Positions 61,107 through 64,000 of a stretch of 64,000 nt of DNA are shown here, piece after piece. Both the position numbers and the translations under genes were made by a program. The stretch spans positions 39,652 through 103,651 of the forward strand of contig JAZRKN010000007.1 of the NCBI GenBank assembly GCA_045646345.1, in the 5' to 3' direction. The notes beneath the pieces are model-generated. The model was not told where the DNA came from. It saw only the letters and a list, made by a program, of their open reading frames with translations, and ran no database searches. The DNA comes from Candidatus Scatovivens sp. (GTDB lineage Bacteria; Bacillota; Clostridia; TANB77; CAG-508). The first letter of the stretch is position 1. Every line of letters starts with the position of its first letter.

Positions 61107-61946
61107 ATGAACAATAAAATCATTAAAGTTAGCAATCTTTTCCTTGTTTTAATATGCATAACATCTTTATTGTATATAATTAATCATGTTTGCAACTTAA
61201 AGCAAGAAGAACAATATTTTAAACACTTGGCAGAAGGAAAAGAACAAGTTGAAGAAATAGTTCGGAATGAAGAAATAAGGGAAAAGGAAGAAGAATTACA
61301 AAATCCAAAACCAGATAAAAATATTGTTGAAAATGAAACTACAGAGGAAATACAGAGCATAATTCTATCCAAGTATGAAAAGTTACATCAACAAAATTCG
61401 GATATGGTTGGGTGGATAAAAATTGAAGATACAAATATTAACTACCCTGTCATGCAAACAGAAATAAACGATCCCAATTTTTATATCAACAAAGATTTCG
61501 AAAAAAAAGAAAGCGTTTCGGGAACACCCTTTATAGATTCGCGATGTACATTGGAAAGCGAAAATATTATTATTTATTCTCATAATATGAAAAACGGTAC
61601 AATGTTCGGGGGATTAACCAAATATAAGCAAAAAGAGTATTATGAAAATCATAGAATAATTAGTTTTGACACAATCTATGAAGAAAGAAAATATGAGATT
61701 ATTGCTGTAGTACTTTCGAAGGTTGTTTATATTAAAAAATCAACTGAAAAAACATTTGAGTTTTATAATTACATCGAACTTGATACCGAAGAAGAATTTA
61801 ATGAATATGTGGCGGCCCTGAAAAAACAATCTCTATATGAAACAGGAGTGAGCGCGGAATATAATGATAATTTAATCACTTTGGTAACCTGTAATTATCA
61901 CACTGAAGATGGAAGGTTACTCGTAGTTGCTAAACAAATACAATAG
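61107..61946 (+). CDS. srtB: Class B sortase
   Basis: GWIKIEDTNINYPVMQ, IYSHNMKNGTMFG, TLVTCNY...GRLLVVA. Confidence 0.9.
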   Translation: MNNKIIKVSNLFLVLICITSLLYIINHVCNLKQEEQYFKHLAEGKEQVEEIVRNEEIREKEEELQNPKPDKNIVENETTEEIQSIILSKYEKLHQQNSDMVGWIKIEDTNINYPVMQTEINDPNFYINKDFEKKESVSGTPFIDSRCTLESENIIIYSHNMKNGTMFGGLTKYKQKEYYENHRIISFDTIYEERKYEIIAVVLSKVVYIKKSTEKTFEFYNYIELDTEEEFNEYVAALKKQSLYETGVSAEYNDNLITLVTCNYHTEDGRLLVVAKQIQ

Positions 61947-61950
61947 TTTT

Positions 61951-61987
61951 AAAAAAGAGCATCCTTGTTAGGGTGCTCTTTAATTTT
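61951..61987 (+). terminator. Terminator after srtB
   Basis: aaagagcatcct/agggtgctcttt. Confidence 0.7.
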
Positions 61988-62034
61988 ATTTATGCTGTAT
62001 TTTTGGCTAGTTAAAAAGAATAAGTTAACGTAAG

Positions 62035-62064
62035 TTGACTTTTTGGAACTAAATGTGGTATAAT
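62035..62064 (+). promoter_or_regulatory. Sigma-A-type promoter of the thioester-domain gene
   Basis: TTGACT-18 bp-TATAAT with TGn extension. Confidence 0.65.
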
Positions 62065-62114
62065 CTCGGATGCAGTTTATGCATATAAAATTTCATGAGG
62101 AGGTAGACACAAAA

Positions 62115-64000
62115 ATGAAAACTAATCGGAGAAAAGGTTTGTCGCTTTTCATAGTGATGTTAATGGTATTTAACATCTTCTTTGGAACGACGACAACAGT
62201 ATTTGCGGCAGATTCAGAATCGCCGGATAACGATGTAGGCAGTACAATTGTACAAGAAGAAGCATCTTGTGGTAAAGATGCACATACTCATACGGAAAAA
62301 TGTTATGATGAGAGTATGACGCAACTTGTATGCGAAAAAGAATCGCATGCTCACGAAAATTGTGTAGCAAGTGCGAGTTCGGTATGGAATGGTATTCAAA
62401 ATTCCGTTGAAGTAAGAAAAGGTGAAAATGGTTATACATTTCTATCAGTATACCCTGCTCGTGCATATGAAATGAGCAATCATATGGTATCAACTGACGG
62501 AGGTGCACATAACGATATTCCGCAAACACTCATCATGGTGGAAGCGAATGAAGATTATACCTGGAATGCAGATGGTCTATATTCTTTTGGCGTAAGTAAT
62601 TATGAAATACTGTATTGTTGTGATGTGGAAACAGGTTACAATGATGGTATCTATTACAAGCGTCTAAACTTGGAAGATAGTGGCTATTATGATGCCGAAG
62701 ATGCTGCTCATATCCGCGGTATTATAACTAATTCTTATCCTTATGTTTCTATTGAGGAAATGAAGGAGAATCTTTATCAAGAAGGTTTTGAATATGCTTA
62801 TGATTTGAATCGGGCAGAAATTATTGCTGCGGTACAAGCTGCAATTTGGGCATATGCAAATGAGGATACCAATTATGTGTATAGCCGAACTTTTGATGTG
62901 ACTTCAAACCCTCAGTGGGGAACAGTTGCTCACGATTATACAAATCAGTTGGATGTATGGTGGGTAACTGGAACACGTAAATTTTCTACTGATAAAATTG
63001 TAGAAGAACGACTCAATAAATTAATTGAGCACTTAAAGCAACAGACGGCGGTCTATGCAGATAAAAATCAAATTGTTATTTCTAAACTGGAAGTTGTAGA
63101 TGCTATTCCTGTTCAAGGAAAAGATGATTTTTACAATGTAGTTATGCAGGTAAAAATGAACAACAGTGGCAGTAGCGAAGCGGATAATTTGCAATTGACT
63201 GTTTTCAAAAACGGAGAAGTGTGTGTAGCGAAACCGATAGAACTAGGTGTAGAAGTTTATGATTTGAGCATTGAAGCGAAAAATGGAGATACGATTGAAG
63301 CGGTTGTATCTGGAGAACAGATTTTACCTAAAGGCGTATACTTCTATGAACCGGAAGGTGGGCGCGAGATTTCTCAGTGTTTAGTCGGCGTTGCAGAAGG
63401 TGCGACAAATGTTTATGAGAAGGAATCGTTTGTATTAGAAATCGAAGATACAATCGATGTCGATCTAGTATTGCAAAAAACAGATGAACAAGGTCGGGAA
63501 TTAACTGGATCTAAGTTTGAACTATATGTCAGAGGCAATGGTTTGACAGAGGATGATGAAAACTATACAACTGATGAAGTGGAGATGAATGAAGAATCGA
63601 TAATTTTTGTTGGTTCTTACGAAGTTGATGAAAAAGGTCAATTGACTTTAGAAAATCTGCTTCCAGGATGTTACAGTTTACTTGAAGTTGAAGCACCAGA
63701 AGGATATGAAAGGTTAGTATCTGCAATTCAGTTCGAGATTACCGAAAATGGTGATATTATTCTTTACGAAAATACAGAAATCGAAGAATTAGTACACATT
63801 GATGAAAATACAATGTGTGTAAAGAATAAAAAAGAACCGGACCCTGATCCTGAACCGGACCCTGATCCTAAACCAGATCCTGATCCTGAACCGGACCCTG
63901 ATCCTGAACCGGACCCTGATCCTAAACCAGATCCTGATCCTGAACCGGACCCTGATCCTGAACCGGATCCTGATCCTAAACCAGATCCTGATCCTGACCC
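62115..64000 (+). CDS. Cys-Gln thioester-domain (TED/TQXA) surface adhesin with SpaA/CnaB-type domain and Pro-Asp repeat stalk; 3'-truncated by the window
   Basis: Absent from the ORF track (no stop in window). RBS GAGGAGG, MKTNRRKGLSLF...VFA signal peptide, LYCCD, NSYPY, VQAAIW, SQCLVG, LQKTDEQG...YSLLEVEAPEGY, in-frame EPDPDP repeats. Confidence 0.85.
   Translation, partial: MKTNRRKGLSLFIVMLMVFNIFFGTTTTVFAADSESPDNDVGSTIVQEEASCGKDAHTHTEKCYDESMTQLVCEKESHAHENCVASASSVWNGIQNSVEVRKGENGYTFLSVYPARAYEMSNHMVSTDGGAHNDIPQTLIMVEANEDYTWNADGLYSFGVSNYEILYCCDVETGYNDGIYYKRLNLEDSGYYDAEDAAHIRGIITNSYPYVSIEEMKENLYQEGFEYAYDLNRAEIIAAVQAAIWAYANEDTNYVYSRTFDVTSNPQWGTVAHDYTNQLDVWWVTGTRKFSTDKIVEERLNKLIEHLKQQTAVYADKNQIVISKLEVVDAIPVQGKDDFYNVVMQVKMNNSGSSEADNLQLTVFKNGEVCVAKPIELGVEVYDLSIEAKNGDTIEAVVSGEQILPKGVYFYEPEGGREISQCLVGVAEGATNVYEKESFVLEIEDTIDVDLVLQKTDEQGRELTGSKFELYVRGNGLTEDDENYTTDEVEMNEESIIFVGSYEVDEKGQLTLENLLPGCYSLLEVEAPEGYERLVSAIQFEITENGDIILYENTEIEELVHIDENTMCVKNKKEPDPDPEPDPDPKPDPDPEPDPDPEPDPDPKPDPDPEPDPDPEPDPDPKPDPDPD
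63834..64000 (+). repeat. Coding tandem repeat: 18-bp units arranged as a 54-bp higher-order unit x3
   Basis: (gaaccggaccctgatcct)2-(aaaccagatcctgatcct) repeated three times, encoding EPDPDP EPDPDP KPDPDP. Confidence 0.95.

Noticed and set aside
62170-62529. Minus-strand ORFs in the 62-63.7 kb region, and other short antisense ORFs in the track
   Set aside because: They lie opposite well-supported longer genes and have no RBS or recognisable motifs
63834-64000. Possible CRISPR array
   Set aside because: Head-to-tail repeats without unique spacers, in frame within a CDS; no cas genes seen in the window

Overview
AT-rich chromosomal window from a spore-forming, anaerobic Clostridia-like Firmicute (spoIIM, type-A RNase P RNA, desulfoferrodoxin). 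All but two genes lie on the + strand. It holds a putative envelope O-acylation trio (membrane-anchored protein/MBOAT/DHHW), an orphan DNA methyltransferase, a one-pilin/class C sortase locus and a redox cluster. It also holds a type II fatty-acid synthesis cluster lacking fabH and bracketed by two acyl-AMP ligases, an ECF sigma/beta-propeller pair, an ABC transporter, and housekeeping genes (apt, rnpB, xerD, rlmH, truB, pyrBI, ispG, tyrS). At the right edge are a class B sortase and a thioester-domain adhesin that runs off the window. The best candidate for an undescribed system is a self-contained two-gene unit at 53.2-55.7 kb: a radical SAM enzyme with an RRE/PqqD-like N-terminus and a SPASM/twitch-like C-terminus, followed by a single-pass membrane protein with a cytoplasmic tail CACASSCACACACAGGGRAGC that could be a membrane-tethered RiPP-like substrate. 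A shared operator-like motif also precedes three fatty-acid transcription units. Family assignments come from motif recognition by eye, not database searches. Some starts were moved from the ORF track to RBS-supported codons.
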